Assembly: GCA_965214935.1 (NCBI GenBank)
Contig: CBDCCS010000004.1
Coordinates: forward strand, 1-64,000
DNA: 64,000 bases
Origin: Candidatus Velthaea sp.
GTDB taxonomy: Bacteria; Vulcanimicrobiota; Vulcanimicrobiia; Vulcanimicrobiales; Vulcanimicrobiaceae
Direction: 5' to 3'
A program made the position numbers and the translations under genes. Under the pieces are notes generated by a model. That model had not been told where the DNA came from and made no database searches. It worked only from the letters and a program-made list of their open reading frames with translations. Each line of letters starts with the position of its first letter. Within the stretch, counting starts at the first letter, position 1. Shown piece after piece: positions 48,612 to 59,264 of the stretch.

Positions 48612-51600
48612 TTACTTACCATCGCCGTCCGAATCGTTTTTGTCGTAATTCTGCGACGATACGGCAAGCGCCGACTTTGCGGGCAGCGATCCTCGCCCCG
48701 TTAAGCCGAACTCTAAAATCTGATTGTAGTACTGGGGATTGACGTGGTCCGGCCGTGAGAAGTCGAGACCGGCCGTTGCGCTGGCCCACCAGGCGCGGTC
48801 GTGCAGATCCGCAACGCGTGCCGACCGCACGGCGCCTGGGTTTTTACATGCCGGAACGAGGTCGGTCGCGACGGGTTTCGCGCACAACGAGCCGGGAATG
48901 ATCGCCGTATACGGCGTCACGTCCGGCACGCGTTTAAAGGCATCGACGATCGGTTGAGCGTTGGAATCTTGGAAACCCAGGTGATTGACGCCGAGCAGAT
49001 CTTCGACCGTCCGCAGCGCCGACGTCGAGAAGTACGTTGAATGCACGACGCCGACTTTTTGGGAGTACGGTGAAATGATATGGACGATCGAACGATGTGC
49101 GTCGACATGATCCTGACCGTCTTGCGGATCGTCTTCAAGCATAACGATCGCCGTTGACGACCAATACGGTGAATGCGAAACCGCTTCGACGAGTTTGCCG
49201 ATGGCGTAATCGTGGTCCGCTAACTCTAATTGCGGCGTCCCGAGGCCTTCAAGCGCGGTCTTGAGCGAACCGGTATGATCGTGCGGAATCGTCATCGTCA
49301 TGAGCGCCGGCATGTTGCGGTGCGCCACGAAGCCGTTGAACTCGCGGGTCCATTCTTCGATGCGGTAGATGTCGGGATAATTTTGATCGAAAGCACGGTA
49401 GTACGGGTCCGTCACCGGCTGAATTGACGGCGTGCTTGCTGCCGCCTGCGGCACGTGCGCCATGAATGGGTTACGTACCAGCGCCGGGTTGAGCGGAGCC
49501 GGATAGCTATAGGGGTTGAGATCGATTTGCCAGCCGTAATTACGAACCGAGTTCGCGCCGTATTTGCGCAGCACGGTTTCCCAAATATATCCGCCGATAG
49601 CGTTCGAGGCGAGATTGTTTGCACCGACGTTTGCGGACGGATCTTTGATACCCGGCAAGATCGTCGACTTGCCGCTGGGATCGAGAATACCGGTGATCCG
49701 CGTCTTGAAAATCGAGGGCGGACCGGTCGGCGGCAGCCCGAGATTGATATTGTTGACGATGCCTTGCCAGTCGTAGGTAAAGCCGTCGGCGCCGTTCCCG
49801 TAATCGACCGGCTGCGTCTTCTCGATATAGTCGTTGGTATGGCCTTGCATAACCCAATTCCAACCGACGCCGCTCGTTTCACTCGAGTCATAAAAATTAT
49901 CGAGCGTGACGAAGTTCGTCGCGAGCGCATGGAGATTTGGCGTAATCGGCTGACTGAAAAATGTTAAGCGCGGATCGCCGTTCGAGCCGTTATGCAGATC
50001 GCCGAGTACTTGATCGAACGTGCGGTTTTCATTCACGATGTAGATGACGTGCTTAATTCTCGTCTGCAAGTACTGCATCATCGCGAAGTTATGCCGATTA
50101 TTGAAGTTGTTGTTGACGTCGACGATGTTCGAAAGATATCCGAGCGTCGTGTCATCGGGCGTCGGCATGGACAGCAGCCCTGACTTTTCGAGCTCCCAGG
50201 TGTATTCATTTTTCCACGTCGGATTCGTGGCAACGCCGAAGGGCGTATTCCAGGCATAATACCGATTGCCCGGATTCGGACCGCTATTCGACTTCTCGTT
50301 TACGACGAAGAGGTGCTTGCCGTCAGGACCGAGCGAAACCGACGTCGGATACCATCCCGTCGGAATGCGTCCGAGCACTCGGCCCGTCTTCATATCGAGG
50401 ACCGCGACGGCGTTTTCACCGCCGAGCGTTACGTACAGACGCGTACCGTTCGCCCCAATCGCCAACGAGTCGGGGATAGCGCCCTTGTAAACGTCACCCG
50501 GACGCCCAACGCTCGCGCTGCCGACGATGCGATCGCTGAGCGTGTCGATCTTGACGATCGAGTCATCGTTACCGCAAGCAACGTAGAGATATCGCTGCGC
50601 GCTATCCAGGATCGCTTTGTTCGGACCGGCAGGCACCGCGATGACCGCCGAGATGGAGCCGCCGGTAAGGACCACGACTTGGTCATCGCGTTCGCTTGTA
50701 ACGTAAGCTTTTGCGTACGCACCGGCCGGATCGCTCTTCACGGCGACCCAAAACGGCATCTCGCCGATCGGCGACAGCGAGCCCGGTGCGGTAAACACGA
50801 CGTCTTTGATCACGCTGCGTTTAACGGTATCGACGATCGTTGCGGACGCATTGTGAAAGTTTGCCGTGACGATCGTTTTGCCGTCGCGGCTGATATCAAA
50901 GCCGGCGACCGTCGCAGCCGGCGTTAAGGACGGCCCAAAAGCGCTTTTGCCGGCCGGCGTGTTCGCCAAGCTGCCGCCATGATAATCGGTAATTGCTGCC
51001 GTCGGGTTTGCATTGTGATTGAGTACGATAAACGGTGCATCGGGTTTATAGTTCGTCCCCGGCTTCCCTGCGCTGTTCTTGTAGACGGCGATCCGATCGT
51101 CGATTCCACCCGACACATAAAAGCGGTCCGCGCTCGGATCCCAGGCAATACCGTTATACGTGTTGCGAATCGGAATGATCTGGCGTTTTATCGCCACGCC
51201 GCTGCTGATGTCGTAAACGAAGATGCCTTCGGACTGATTCGCGCCGTTATAGGTATTCGCGACGACCGATAACGGCGCGGGCAAGCCGGTAAGCGGAAAC
51301 AGGGCCGGGAAGTTTATCGGCTCGGGGGCAGCCCCGCTCGCGACTTGATAGGCAAAACCGGTATTGAATCCGCTCGTCAAAACGAGCAGCGTTTTTCCAT
51401 CCGGGCTGACCACGGACGCCATCGCGCTGTCCGCGTCGGCGTTTCCGTCCGGCCGGAGGCCGCTGGCAAGACGCTGATAGCTCGAACCCGACGCAAGCGT
51501 CGGTGTGATGTATTGACCCGTCGGCAGCAGTGCCGGATTTCCGTCGCCGCCGTATACCTGGAGCGGTCGCACCGACGCGGCCGACGAAAGCGTTGCGCTC

Positions 51601-51656
51601 GCCGCAAACAGAGCGAGTAACGAGCACGTAAGTGTACGCTCAAAGCGTGAGAAAAT
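48612..51656 (-). CDS. Secreted YncE/YVTN beta-propeller plus phosphoesterase (alkaline-phosphatase-like) protein; probable ATT start
   Basis: GRIPTGWYP, IKHVIYIVNENRTFDQ, EDDPQDGQDHVDAHRS; signal peptide IFSRFERTLTCSLLALFAASATLSSA upstream of the ORF-track GTG. Confidence 0.88.
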   Translation of the reverse strand: MFSRFERTLTCSLLALFAASATLSSAASVRPLQVYGGDGNPALLPTGQYITPTLASGSSYQRLASGLRPDGNADADSAMASVVSPDGKTLLVLTSGFNTGFAYQVASGAAPEPINFPALFPLTGLPAPLSVVANTYNGANQSEGIFVYDISSGVAIKRQIIPIRNTYNGIAWDPSADRFYVSGGIDDRIAVYKNSAGKPGTNYKPDAPFIVLNHNANPTAAITDYHGGSLANTPAGKSAFGPSLTPAATVAGFDISRDGKTIVTANFHNASATIVDTVKRSVIKDVVFTAPGSLSPIGEMPFWVAVKSDPAGAYAKAYVTSERDDQVVVLTGGSISAVIAVPAGPNKAILDSAQRYLYVACGNDDSIVKIDTLSDRIVGSASVGRPGDVYKGAIPDSLAIGANGTRLYVTLGGENAVAVLDMKTGRVLGRIPTGWYPTSVSLGPDGKHLFVVNEKSNSGPNPGNRYYAWNTPFGVATNPTWKNEYTWELEKSGLLSMPTPDDTTLGYLSNIVDVNNNFNNRHNFAMMQYLQTRIKHVIYIVNENRTFDQVLGDLHNGSNGDPRLTFFSQPITPNLHALATNFVTLDNFYDSSETSGVGWNWVMQGHTNDYIEKTQPVDYGNGADGFTYDWQGIVNNINLGLPPTGPPSIFKTRITGILDPSGKSTILPGIKDPSANVGANNLASNAIGGYIWETVLRKYGANSVRNYGWQIDLNPYSYPAPLNPALVRNPFMAHVPQAAASTPSIQPVTDPYYRAFDQNYPDIYRIEEWTREFNGFVAHRNMPALMTMTIPHDHTGSLKTALEGLGTPQLELADHDYAIGKLVEAVSHSPYWSSTAIVMLEDDPQDGQDHVDAHRSIVHIISPYSQKVGVVHSTYFSTSALRTVEDLLGVNHLGFQDSNAQPIVDAFKRVPDVTPYTAIIPGSLCAKPVATDLVPACKNPGAVRSARVADLHDRAWWASATAGLDFSRPDHVNPQYYNQILEFGLTGRGSLPAKSALAVSSQNYDKNDSDGDGK

Positions 51657-51766
51657 CGGCGTATCCCTTCAAAACCAGAGCAAAGACTCCGCTAAAGGTA
51701 CGCTCGCAATGTTAAGTTTTGATTAGCTTTGCGCGCTCCAAAGCGATTTCGTCATCCGGACTGTGC

Positions 51767-53134
51767 CTAGCGCGAGTCGCCGGATGCCGCAGCACTCGCT
51801 GTCTCACGACCGAGCGAGGGAGCGTTACCGCTTACATCTACCCACGCCGAGCCGTCGGGATATTGGAAATCGAGCACCGACTGTGCGCGCAACGCGGAAC
51901 TAAAGCCCGGCTCGCGTGGCGCGACGTAGCGCGCCCGCTCGATCTTCACGGGATGCTCGAAGTGCTCGTGCAAGTGGTCGACGAATTCGAGAACGCGATT
52001 ATCGAGACTCGCACCGACGGCGATGTAATCAAAGATCGCGAGGTGCTGCACGAGCTCGCACAAGCCGACGCCACCCGCATGCGGGCAGACCGGAACGCCG
52101 AACTTGGCCGCGAGCAGCATCGTTGCGATCGTATCGTTGACGCCGCCGGAGCGAACCGCATCGATCTGACAAAATCCGATTGCATCCGCTTGGAGCAGTT
52201 GCTTGAACGTTACCCGATTCGCGGCGTGTTCGCCGGTCGCAAGCGCGACCGGAGCGACGGCGCGGGCGATAGCGGCATGCGCGAGAATATCGTCCGGACT
52301 TGTCGGCTCTTCGACCCAAAATAGATCGAATTCGGCAAGTTCCCGGATCGCTGCGATGGCTGTCGCGCGATCCCAGGTCTGATTCGCATCGACCATCAAG
52401 CGCAAGCCGGGACCCATCTCGCTGCGCGCCAGCCGGCACCGCCGGACGTCATCTGCAAGATCTTTACCGACTTTGAGTTTAATGTGGGTGAAGCCGTCGG
52501 CCACAGCAGTGCGAATGCGCGAGCGAATTTTGTCATCATCGTAGCCGAGCCAGCCGGCCGATGTCGTGTATGCCGGAAAGCCGTCGCGACGCATTTCATT
52601 GAGGCGCTCAGCCCGCGTAGCGACATTGCCGTTGAGAATGGCAAGCGCATCCTGCGGCGTCAGTGCATCGCTTAAATAGCGGAAGTCGACGAGCTCGATG
52701 ATTTGCTCGGGTGACATTCCGGCAAGTAATTGCCACAGCGGAACGTCGGCGCGTTTGGCCGCGAGGTCCCAAGCGGCGTTCACGACCGCCGCGATCGCCA
52801 TCTGCATCACGCCTTTCTCCGGGCCTAACCAACGCAATTGACTATCGTGCGTCAACTGCTTGAAAAAGGCGCCCATATCGTCGCAAACATCGCTGACGTA
52901 GCGCCCCACGACGTATGGCACCAGTGCGCGAATGCCGGCGACTTGCACGTCGTTGCCGCGCCCGATCGTGAAGGCAAAGCCGTGGCCGGCAACGCCGCTC
53001 GGGTCGTCCGTGCGTAAGATAACATATGCCGCTGAATAGTCAGGATCCGGATTCATCGCATCCGAGCCGTCGTGCTCGCGCGACGTCGGGAATCGGACGT
53101 CGTATGTCTCAACGGAAGTAAAACGCGCGTTCAC
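51767..53134 (-). CDS. L-fuconate dehydratase (enolase superfamily, ENOSF1-like)
   Basis: [58 protein letters not shown]. Confidence 0.9.
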   Translation of the reverse strand: MNARFTSVETYDVRFPTSREHDGSDAMNPDPDYSAAYVILRTDDPSGVAGHGFAFTIGRGNDVQVAGIRALVPYVVGRYVSDVCDDMGAFFKQLTHDSQLRWLGPEKGVMQMAIAAVVNAAWDLAAKRADVPLWQLLAGMSPEQIIELVDFRYLSDALTPQDALAILNGNVATRAERLNEMRRDGFPAYTTSAGWLGYDDDKIRSRIRTAVADGFTHIKLKVGKDLADDVRRCRLARSEMGPGLRLMVDANQTWDRATAIAAIRELAEFDLFWVEEPTSPDDILAHAAIARAVAPVALATGEHAANRVTFKQLLQADAIGFCQIDAVRSGGVNDTIATMLLAAKFGVPVCPHAGGVGLCELVQHLAIFDYIAVGASLDNRVLEFVDHLHEHFEHPVKIERARYVAPREPGFSSALRAQSVLDFQYPDGSAWVDVSGNAPSLGRETASAAASGDSR

Positions 53135-53286
53135 TCGGCGACCTCACAGATGCGTGATTGGGCAGATCTTATCGGCGCGAAGTATGAGTCCTCGGGCGGC
53201 AGCGCATTGCATGCCGCAGCGCATCGGCGCAAACAACGCGGCCAAGGATAACGAGTGCGCCGGCGCGAACGGCGTTCGGTCGTCGT

Positions 53287-53359
53287 GGGGGCATAGCTCA
53301 GTTGGTAGAGCATCTGCATGGCATGCAGAGGGTCTGCGGTTCGAATCCGCATGCCTCCA
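53287..53359 (+). tRNA. tRNA-Ala(GGC), CCA not encoded
   Basis: GGGGGCA/TGCCTCC acceptor stem; TCTGC-ATGGCAT-GCAGA anticodon arm. Confidence 0.95.
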
Positions 53360-53366
53360 GTTTACG

Positions 53367-53394
53367 AAAAGAGCGCCGGAGCGCTCTTTTTTTT
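53367..53394 (+). terminator. Intrinsic terminator after tRNA-Ala(GGC)
   Basis: AAAAGAGCGC-CGGA-GCGCTC followed by T8. Confidence 0.9.
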
Positions 53395-53617
53395 ATCGGC
53401 TCGGCCGGCGCGTTCGCGGTACAAGCGCGTTTCGCAGCGTAGAGCTCAGCTTCGATCAGCTACGTTGATCGAGGCTTAACGGCGCAGGTTCGCATGCCCG
53501 AAATGCCGACGCGAGTCAACGATCTACGAGCATGTTAATAGCATCGCGGAATCGATCGACACGCAAAGCCGAGCACGTCGAACGATTTACGGAGCGCAAG
53601 AAACGTGCTGCGGATCC

Positions 53618-55367
53618 TCAGCAGTTCTCGGCCATCCACTGCTCGAGCGTTTCGATCGCACGCTGGTAGCCTTCGATCTCGGTCTGTTGTCGCCAGCGCC
53701 AATCGTCGATGTCACCGGTTTTTCGGGCTTCGAGACAGCGCGCTTCGTGCGCCTCTTCATGCGCTTTGAAGGCGTTGTAAAAAATCGGCGGCCAACCATT
53801 CTCGGCGACTTGCTCGGGCGTCGGAAAATGCGGCTTACAGTTGACGAAATCCGTGTAACCGCCTTGCTTGAAACCGCCGCTGCCGCCGACGCCGTCGCGG
53901 CCGGCTTTTTCACGAACGGCATCTTGAAATTGCTGACCCGACCAATTATGGGCCGCGGCTTCCTTTTCCAGTTCCGGATCTTTGTAGCGCTGCTCGTACA
54001 AATACTCGAAGTTGCGCTGTTCGCGTACGCGGTCGCAGTCTTTGTTCTTGTCGCCCGCCGCGGGCTTGCCGGATTGCGCAAGCGGCTGCAGCGCGCCGTC
54101 GACCGGCGTTCCCATTGCGGCGCTCGGGTTGAAGCCGGAGCCGTCCGGTCCGAGCCCCAACAAGTTTAATGCGGCGACACGCGTTCCATTGCAGCCGCCG
54201 AACGACTTGCACAGCGCACCGGCAACGACACCCGCGAAGAACGTCTGCAAGTCGGCTTTTTCGGCCGGCGCGATCGTCCGAGCGTTCATCAACGACTGCG
54301 CCGTCCGCGCGACGCTGTCGATCGAACGCACCTGCGCATCGGAAGACATTAATGGGGACGGCACGACCGTCGCTGTTCCAAGTGCAACCCGCGATGTAAG
54401 TGGTCCAAAATCGGCGACCGACGTCGTGCGCGACAACGTCATTCGTGCCCTGCTCGCAGCAACGTAGCGTAGGTCGAGTTGCGATCCGCGGTTGTCGGCA
54501 ATTCGCACGACGCGGCCCGCGGAGTCGCGCATCACGCTGTACGCCGGCGGAACGAACAGTTGGATCGTCGTCGTTGCATAGCTCTGCGGTAGGAAGCGGA
54601 CGAAAAAACCGCGCGGGTCGTACGACCAGCGCTTGCGCCCGGCGTCCGCTTTCGTTGCTACCGCCGGTACCGCCAAAGCCGCGAGCTGTTGGTAGGAGCT
54701 GTTGCCGTGCGTCAGAAGGTCTCGCACTTGGCTTTCGGTCGCAAGCACGTCGCGCACGGGTGCCGGTAAAGCGGCGCCCGACCGGGCCAGAAAATCGGCA
54801 ATCGAACCGAGCGCGCCGCCATTGAGCTGCCCGATCTCTTGCGCGGTCAAGAGCGCATCCGCTACGCTTTTCAAACGATCGGGAAGCGCGGAGATTTTTG
54901 TTTGCGAGGTGATCGCCCACAAGAGCGATTGCACGTCGCCCTGAGCGATCGACGGTTGCGCGTGCCAGCGCGTCAGCACGCTGCCGACATACGACAGCGC
55001 GCGAACCGCTCAGCGCGCCGACCCGATACGCGCTCGACCCGGAAGGTCCATGGCCGCCGGCGCGCAGACAGAAACTCTGGTCGATCAGCTCGAAGGCGCC
55101 CGGGTAGAGCGTGAAGGTGCCGTCGGCGGCGTGCGGCAGATCCGTCAGCGCCGCGAAGCGTCCGGGCTCGAAATGATCGAGTTCCGGGATTTCGCGCAGC
55201 TTTTCGGCAGGCTGCACGACGATCGACGCGGGCGGTGCTTTCGCGAGCGGCGGGAGCGGAACGGTCGATGGAATCTGCGGCACATTCGGCAGATGCGGAA
55301 TGTCCGGCAAATGCGGCAGCGAGAGTTGCCCAAGCAATACTACGGTCAGGACGAAGAAAGCTACCAC
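53618..55367 (-). CDS. Secreted multidomain protein (thioester-domain-like motifs plus C-terminal HExxH module), one frameshift near 54985-55000
   Basis: GGAAGGA SD and signal peptide in one frame; FCLR before the shift and VQSLLW after it; HEEAH...EIEGY near the C-terminus. Confidence 0.65.
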
Positions 55368-55534
55368 GCCGGATTTTCCTTCCGTCGATACGTCGTGGAG
55401 CCCAGCGTACCAGCCGCGCGTGCTGCGCGCGTGCTGCGCGGCCGGACCGTTGACGGAAGTTCCGCATTTGGTAGCCCGAATTGCCGTTCGGGCCGTTAAA
55501 GCCGGCGAAAAAACCGGCGGCGGCGGCGTTCGAG

Positions 55535-55568
55535 CGACACAAGGGTGCCCATGGGCACCCTTGTGTCG
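55535..55568. terminator. Perfect 34-bp palindrome just downstream of the ABC operon
   Basis: CGACACAAGGGTGCCCATGGGCACCCTTGTGTCG. Confidence 0.65.
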
Positions 55569-55572
55569 TGTT

Positions 55573-56535
55573 TTACTTCGAGAGCGTAAAGGGCGCGGTG
55601 TAGTGCGAAAGATTCGTCTTCGTGATGAGCTCGCAATCGAATAACTGCTTTTCCGTCGCTGCGCCGGTCTTACCGGTTTTGAGGAAGAAGTCGGCTTCCA
55701 TCACGGCTTTTTGTGAAAAAACCGCGACCGGTTGCAGCACCGTGTATTGCAAGTCGCCGGCCTTGATTGCCGCAACGGCGTCGGGCGAGCCGTCGAAGCC
55801 GCCGACTTTCACACTTGCGAGTTTGCCGGCCGTCTTTAATGCAGCGATTGCACCAAGTGCCATCTCGTCGTTGCCGCTGATGACGCCGACGATGTTGGGA
55901 TGCGCTTGCAGCATGCTTTGCATCTTATCGTGGCCTTGCGTGCGGTTCCAATTCGCCACTTGCGAATCGGCTTTGCTCAACCCGTCGATTTGACTGAGCA
56001 CGGTTTGATAACCGTTCGAGCGCGTAGCGGCATTGTTGTCCGACGGTGCGCCGAGCAGTTCGGCGTAGCTGCCTTTTTGGCCGACGTCTTTAACCCACTG
56101 CTGCGCGCCCAACGCCGCGCCTTGCGCGTTGTTCGACACGAGTTGCGCTTTGGCTAAGCCTTCCTGATTGATTTCCGCGTTGACGAGAAACACCGGGATC
56201 TTGGCCGCAATCGCCTTTTTCACTGCACCGATCGAACCGCTGGCATCGGCGGGATCGAGAATGATTGCGACCGACTTATTGGTGATCGCGGTATCGATCA
56301 AGTTGCTTTCGGTGTTCGTGTCGCCCTTGGATGCTCCGACGTTCGCGGTATAGCCGAGTTTTTTCGCAGTGGCCGCCGCGACTTTTCCTTCGGTCAGCCA
56401 GTATGGATTCGACGGGTCGTTCACGATGATCGATACTAAACCGCCCGCTGCGGGCGCCGGCGCGCCGCTTCCGGCGATCAGCGAAGCGCCCAGCGCGACG
56501 GCGGCAAACGTCGAAATAACGGTCTTCTTAAACAT
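55573..56535 (-). CDS. Sugar ABC transporter substrate-binding protein (RbsB-like)
   Basis: Signal peptide; DPSNPYW, ANWNRTQG, GNDEMALGA, GFDGSPDA. Confidence 0.92.
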   Translation of the reverse strand: MFKKTVISTFAAVALGASLIAGSGAPAPAAGGLVSIIVNDPSNPYWLTEGKVAAATAKKLGYTANVGASKGDTNTESNLIDTAITNKSVAIILDPADASGSIGAVKKAIAAKIPVFLVNAEINQEGLAKAQLVSNNAQGAALGAQQWVKDVGQKGSYAELLGAPSDNNAATRSNGYQTVLSQIDGLSKADSQVANWNRTQGHDKMQSMLQAHPNIVGVISGNDEMALGAIAALKTAGKLASVKVGGFDGSPDAVAAIKAGDLQYTVLQPVAVFSQKAVMEADFFLKTGKTGAATEKQLFDCELITKTNLSHYTAPFTLSK

Positions 56536-56567
56536 AACAAATCTCCTAAATTAGCGGTATCACGAAT

Positions 56568-57698
56568 TTAACCGGCAGTCTTTTCGCGAGCGGGATTGGC
56601 GGTTAAGCCGATCCCTCCTCGCTTCGGCAATTCCGTCGGGCCGGCACTCGAGCCCGGTGCCTTGACGCGACGCCGATATTGCACGGCATTGAGCAGTACG
56701 GCAAGCACGATCACGGCACCGGTAAAAACGGTCTGCCAATACGATGAAATGCCGATAATAACCAGTCCGTCCGACAAGAAGCCGATCACGAACGCGCCGA
56801 GCAGCGTGCCGCGAATCGTGCCGCGACCGCCCGTTAGCGCAGCGCCGCCGATTACGACAGCGGCGATCGCGGTCAGTTCGTACGAGGTGCCGGCGGTCGG
56901 TCCCGCCGATGTGAGTTGCGATGATAGGATGAGACCGGCTGCCGCAGCGCAGATACCGGAGAGCATATACACCGATAGCTGCACGGTTTTCACCGGCACG
57001 CCCGAGAGTTCGGCCGCTCGCGAATTGCCGCCCGACGCATACAGCCAGCGTCCAAACGCCGTCCGGCTCAAGGCAAGAACGCCGATGACGGCAATGACCG
57101 CCATGACGACGACGCCGATCGGCACGCCGAGGATGCGGTTGAATCCAAGCCAGTCGAATCCGGTATTGCCGAGTTCGGGCCGTCCGCCGAGGCTATTATA
57201 GGTGAGCCCGTTGGTAATCAGCAACGCAACGCCGCGCACCATATACATGACGCCCAGCGTGGCGACAAACGCCGGCACCTTCAAGCGCGCAATCAAAACG
57301 CCGTTGATGGCACCGATGAGTGCGCCGAGCGCGCACGTTACGACCGCTACAACCCAGACCGGCGGATACAAGATCACGCCGAGCGCCCCGAGCGTTACGC
57401 CCTGCATGAGGAAACCGGCAATGACGCCGGCGAGCCCGAGCGTCGATCCGACCGACAGATCGATGCCGCCGTTGAGAATGACGAGCAGCATGCCGATTGC
57501 AAGAATCGCAAACAGCGCAACATGCGAGGCCATCACGAGCAGATTGCCGACGGTAAAATAGTAGGGCGACAGTATCGAAAAAACGATGACGATGGCGATG
57601 AGCGCGAAGAACGCCCGCCCTTCGAGCAGCAACCGGCCGAGTTCAAAGCCATTGCTAAAGAGCCCGGAGGCAGAGCGCTTGCGGCCGGCGTCGATCAT
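56568..57698 (-). CDS. Sugar ABC transporter permease (RbsC-like)
   Basis: GGIDLSVGS, FVATLG, YELTAIAAVVIGG...GGRG. Confidence 0.93.
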   Translation of the reverse strand: MIDAGRKRSASGLFSNGFELGRLLLEGRAFFALIAIVIVFSILSPYYFTVGNLLVMASHVALFAILAIGMLLVILNGGIDLSVGSTLGLAGVIAGFLMQGVTLGALGVILYPPVWVVAVVTCALGALIGAINGVLIARLKVPAFVATLGVMYMVRGVALLITNGLTYNSLGGRPELGNTGFDWLGFNRILGVPIGVVVMAVIAVIGVLALSRTAFGRWLYASGGNSRAAELSGVPVKTVQLSVYMLSGICAAAAGLILSSQLTSAGPTAGTSYELTAIAAVVIGGAALTGGRGTIRGTLLGAFVIGFLSDGLVIIGISSYWQTVFTGAVIVLAVLLNAVQYRRRVKAPGSSAGPTELPKRGGIGLTANPAREKTAG

Positions 57699-57722
57699 CG
57701 TTGAAGCTCCACTTCGAGGTGA

Positions 57723-59264
57723 CTAAGCAATGACGGCTTCGCCCGAGGCTGCCATGATCTTCTCCTTCGTAACGTCGGCGCCGAATTGCGCTGCGATCCG
57801 GCCGCGCCGCATGACGACAACCCGATGCGCGATACTCAAGCACTCGCCGAGTTCTGAGGTTGAAAACAGCACGGCAAGCCCGCGTGCGGCTCCTTCGCTG
57901 AGCAGACGAAAGACTTCGGCTTTCGCCCCGACGTCGATGCCGCGACTCGGCTCGTCGAGGAGGATGACGCGCGGGTTCGTCATCAGCATCTTCCCGATGA
58001 CGACCTTTTGCTGATTGCCGCCCGAAAGCGAGCCGATCGGCGCGCCGCCGCCCGCCGTTTTAACGTGTACGTTGCGGATCGACTCATCGACCATCGAACG
58101 CTCGCGCGGACCGGACAATAACCCGAAGCGAGCAAAAGCATTGATACTCGGCAACGAAAGATTGCCGCCGACCGTCATCGTTTGCACGAGCCCATCGCGT
58201 TGACGGTCTTCAGGGACTAGAACAAGGCCGCTCGCGATCCGATCGGCGATCCCCAAGCGCGAGACATCACGGCCCTCGAGCAGCACCCGGCCACCCGCCG
58301 GCGGCACGCGGCCCGCAACGCATTCGAGCAGCTCCGTGCGTCCCGCGCCCATCAATCCGTAGATGCATACGATCTCGCCCGCCCGGACGTCGAGCGACAA
58401 GCGATCGACCACCGCGACGTCGGCATTTGCAACGTCGGCCACCGAAATATCCTCGATCGACAAGGCGACGTCACCGAAGGGGTAACCGCCCGGCGGCGAA
58501 CCGAGATTGAAGTTTTCACCGACCATATTGCGCACGATCCACTCGAGGTCGATGTCTTTTGCTTCGGCCGTCGCAGTGATCGAACCATCGCGCAACACAA
58601 CGGCATAATCGGTGATCTGCAACGCTTCTTCGAGATGATGCGAGATGTAGACGATCGAGACACCGCGCCGCGTTAAGTCGCGAATAACTTTGAAGAGCAC
58701 TTCGACTTCGGTCGCACTGAGCGCCGATGTCGGCTCGTCCATAATGAGAATGCGTGAGTTTACCGACAACGCCCGCGCAATTTCGACGATCTGCTGCTGA
58801 CCTAAGCGCAGATCTTCGACGAGCGTCTGCGGTTCGATCTGTTCTTCTAACTCCGTCATCAGCGTCCGGACTTGACGCGCTTGTTCGGCAAAGTTGATGC
58901 CGGTCGGCGATTGCAACTCACGGCCCATGAAAACGTTGTCGCTCACATTGAGGTTCGGCGCCAGACTCAGTTCCTGATGGATGATCGAGATGCCGCGATC
59001 GCGGGCGTCGGACGCCGAAGCGAAACGAACGACTTGTCCATCGAGCTCGATCGTGCCCGACGTCGGCGTTTCAACGCCGGAAAAGATCTTCATCAAGGTC
59101 GATTTGCCGGCGCCGTTCTCACCGAAAAGCGTCGTTACGCAGCCGCGCCGGATGTCGAACCGTACGCCTTTGAGTGCGTGCGTATTGCCGTACGTTTTGA
59201 CGATGTCGCGTGCCGCAAGCACGATATCGCCGGCGGCCGGATCGTTCAGGGACGTGCCGTTCAC
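57723..59264 (-). CDS. Sugar ABC transporter ATP-binding protein (RbsA-like, two ABC domains)
   Basis: GENGAGKST, MDEPTSAL, LSGGNQQKV, LDEPSRGIDVGAK. Confidence 0.95.
   Translation of the reverse strand: MNGTSLNDPAAGDIVLAARDIVKTYGNTHALKGVRFDIRRGCVTTLFGENGAGKSTLMKIFSGVETPTSGTIELDGQVVRFASASDARDRGISIIHQELSLAPNLNVSDNVFMGRELQSPTGINFAEQARQVRTLMTELEEQIEPQTLVEDLRLGQQQIVEIARALSVNSRILIMDEPTSALSATEVEVLFKVIRDLTRRGVSIVYISHHLEEALQITDYAVVLRDGSITATAEAKDIDLEWIVRNMVGENFNLGSPPGGYPFGDVALSIEDISVADVANADVAVVDRLSLDVRAGEIVCIYGLMGAGRTELLECVAGRVPPAGGRVLLEGRDVSRLGIADRIASGLVLVPEDRQRDGLVQTMTVGGNLSLPSINAFARFGLLSGPRERSMVDESIRNVHVKTAGGGAPIGSLSGGNQQKVVIGKMLMTNPRVILLDEPSRGIDVGAKAEVFRLLSEGAARGLAVLFSTSELGECLSIAHRVVVMRRGRIAAQFGADVTKEKIMAASGEAVIA

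Noticed and set aside
40772..55367. Intact prophage or integrative element at the tRNA genes
   Set aside because: No integrase, transposase, phage structural gene or exact distal att repeat was found.
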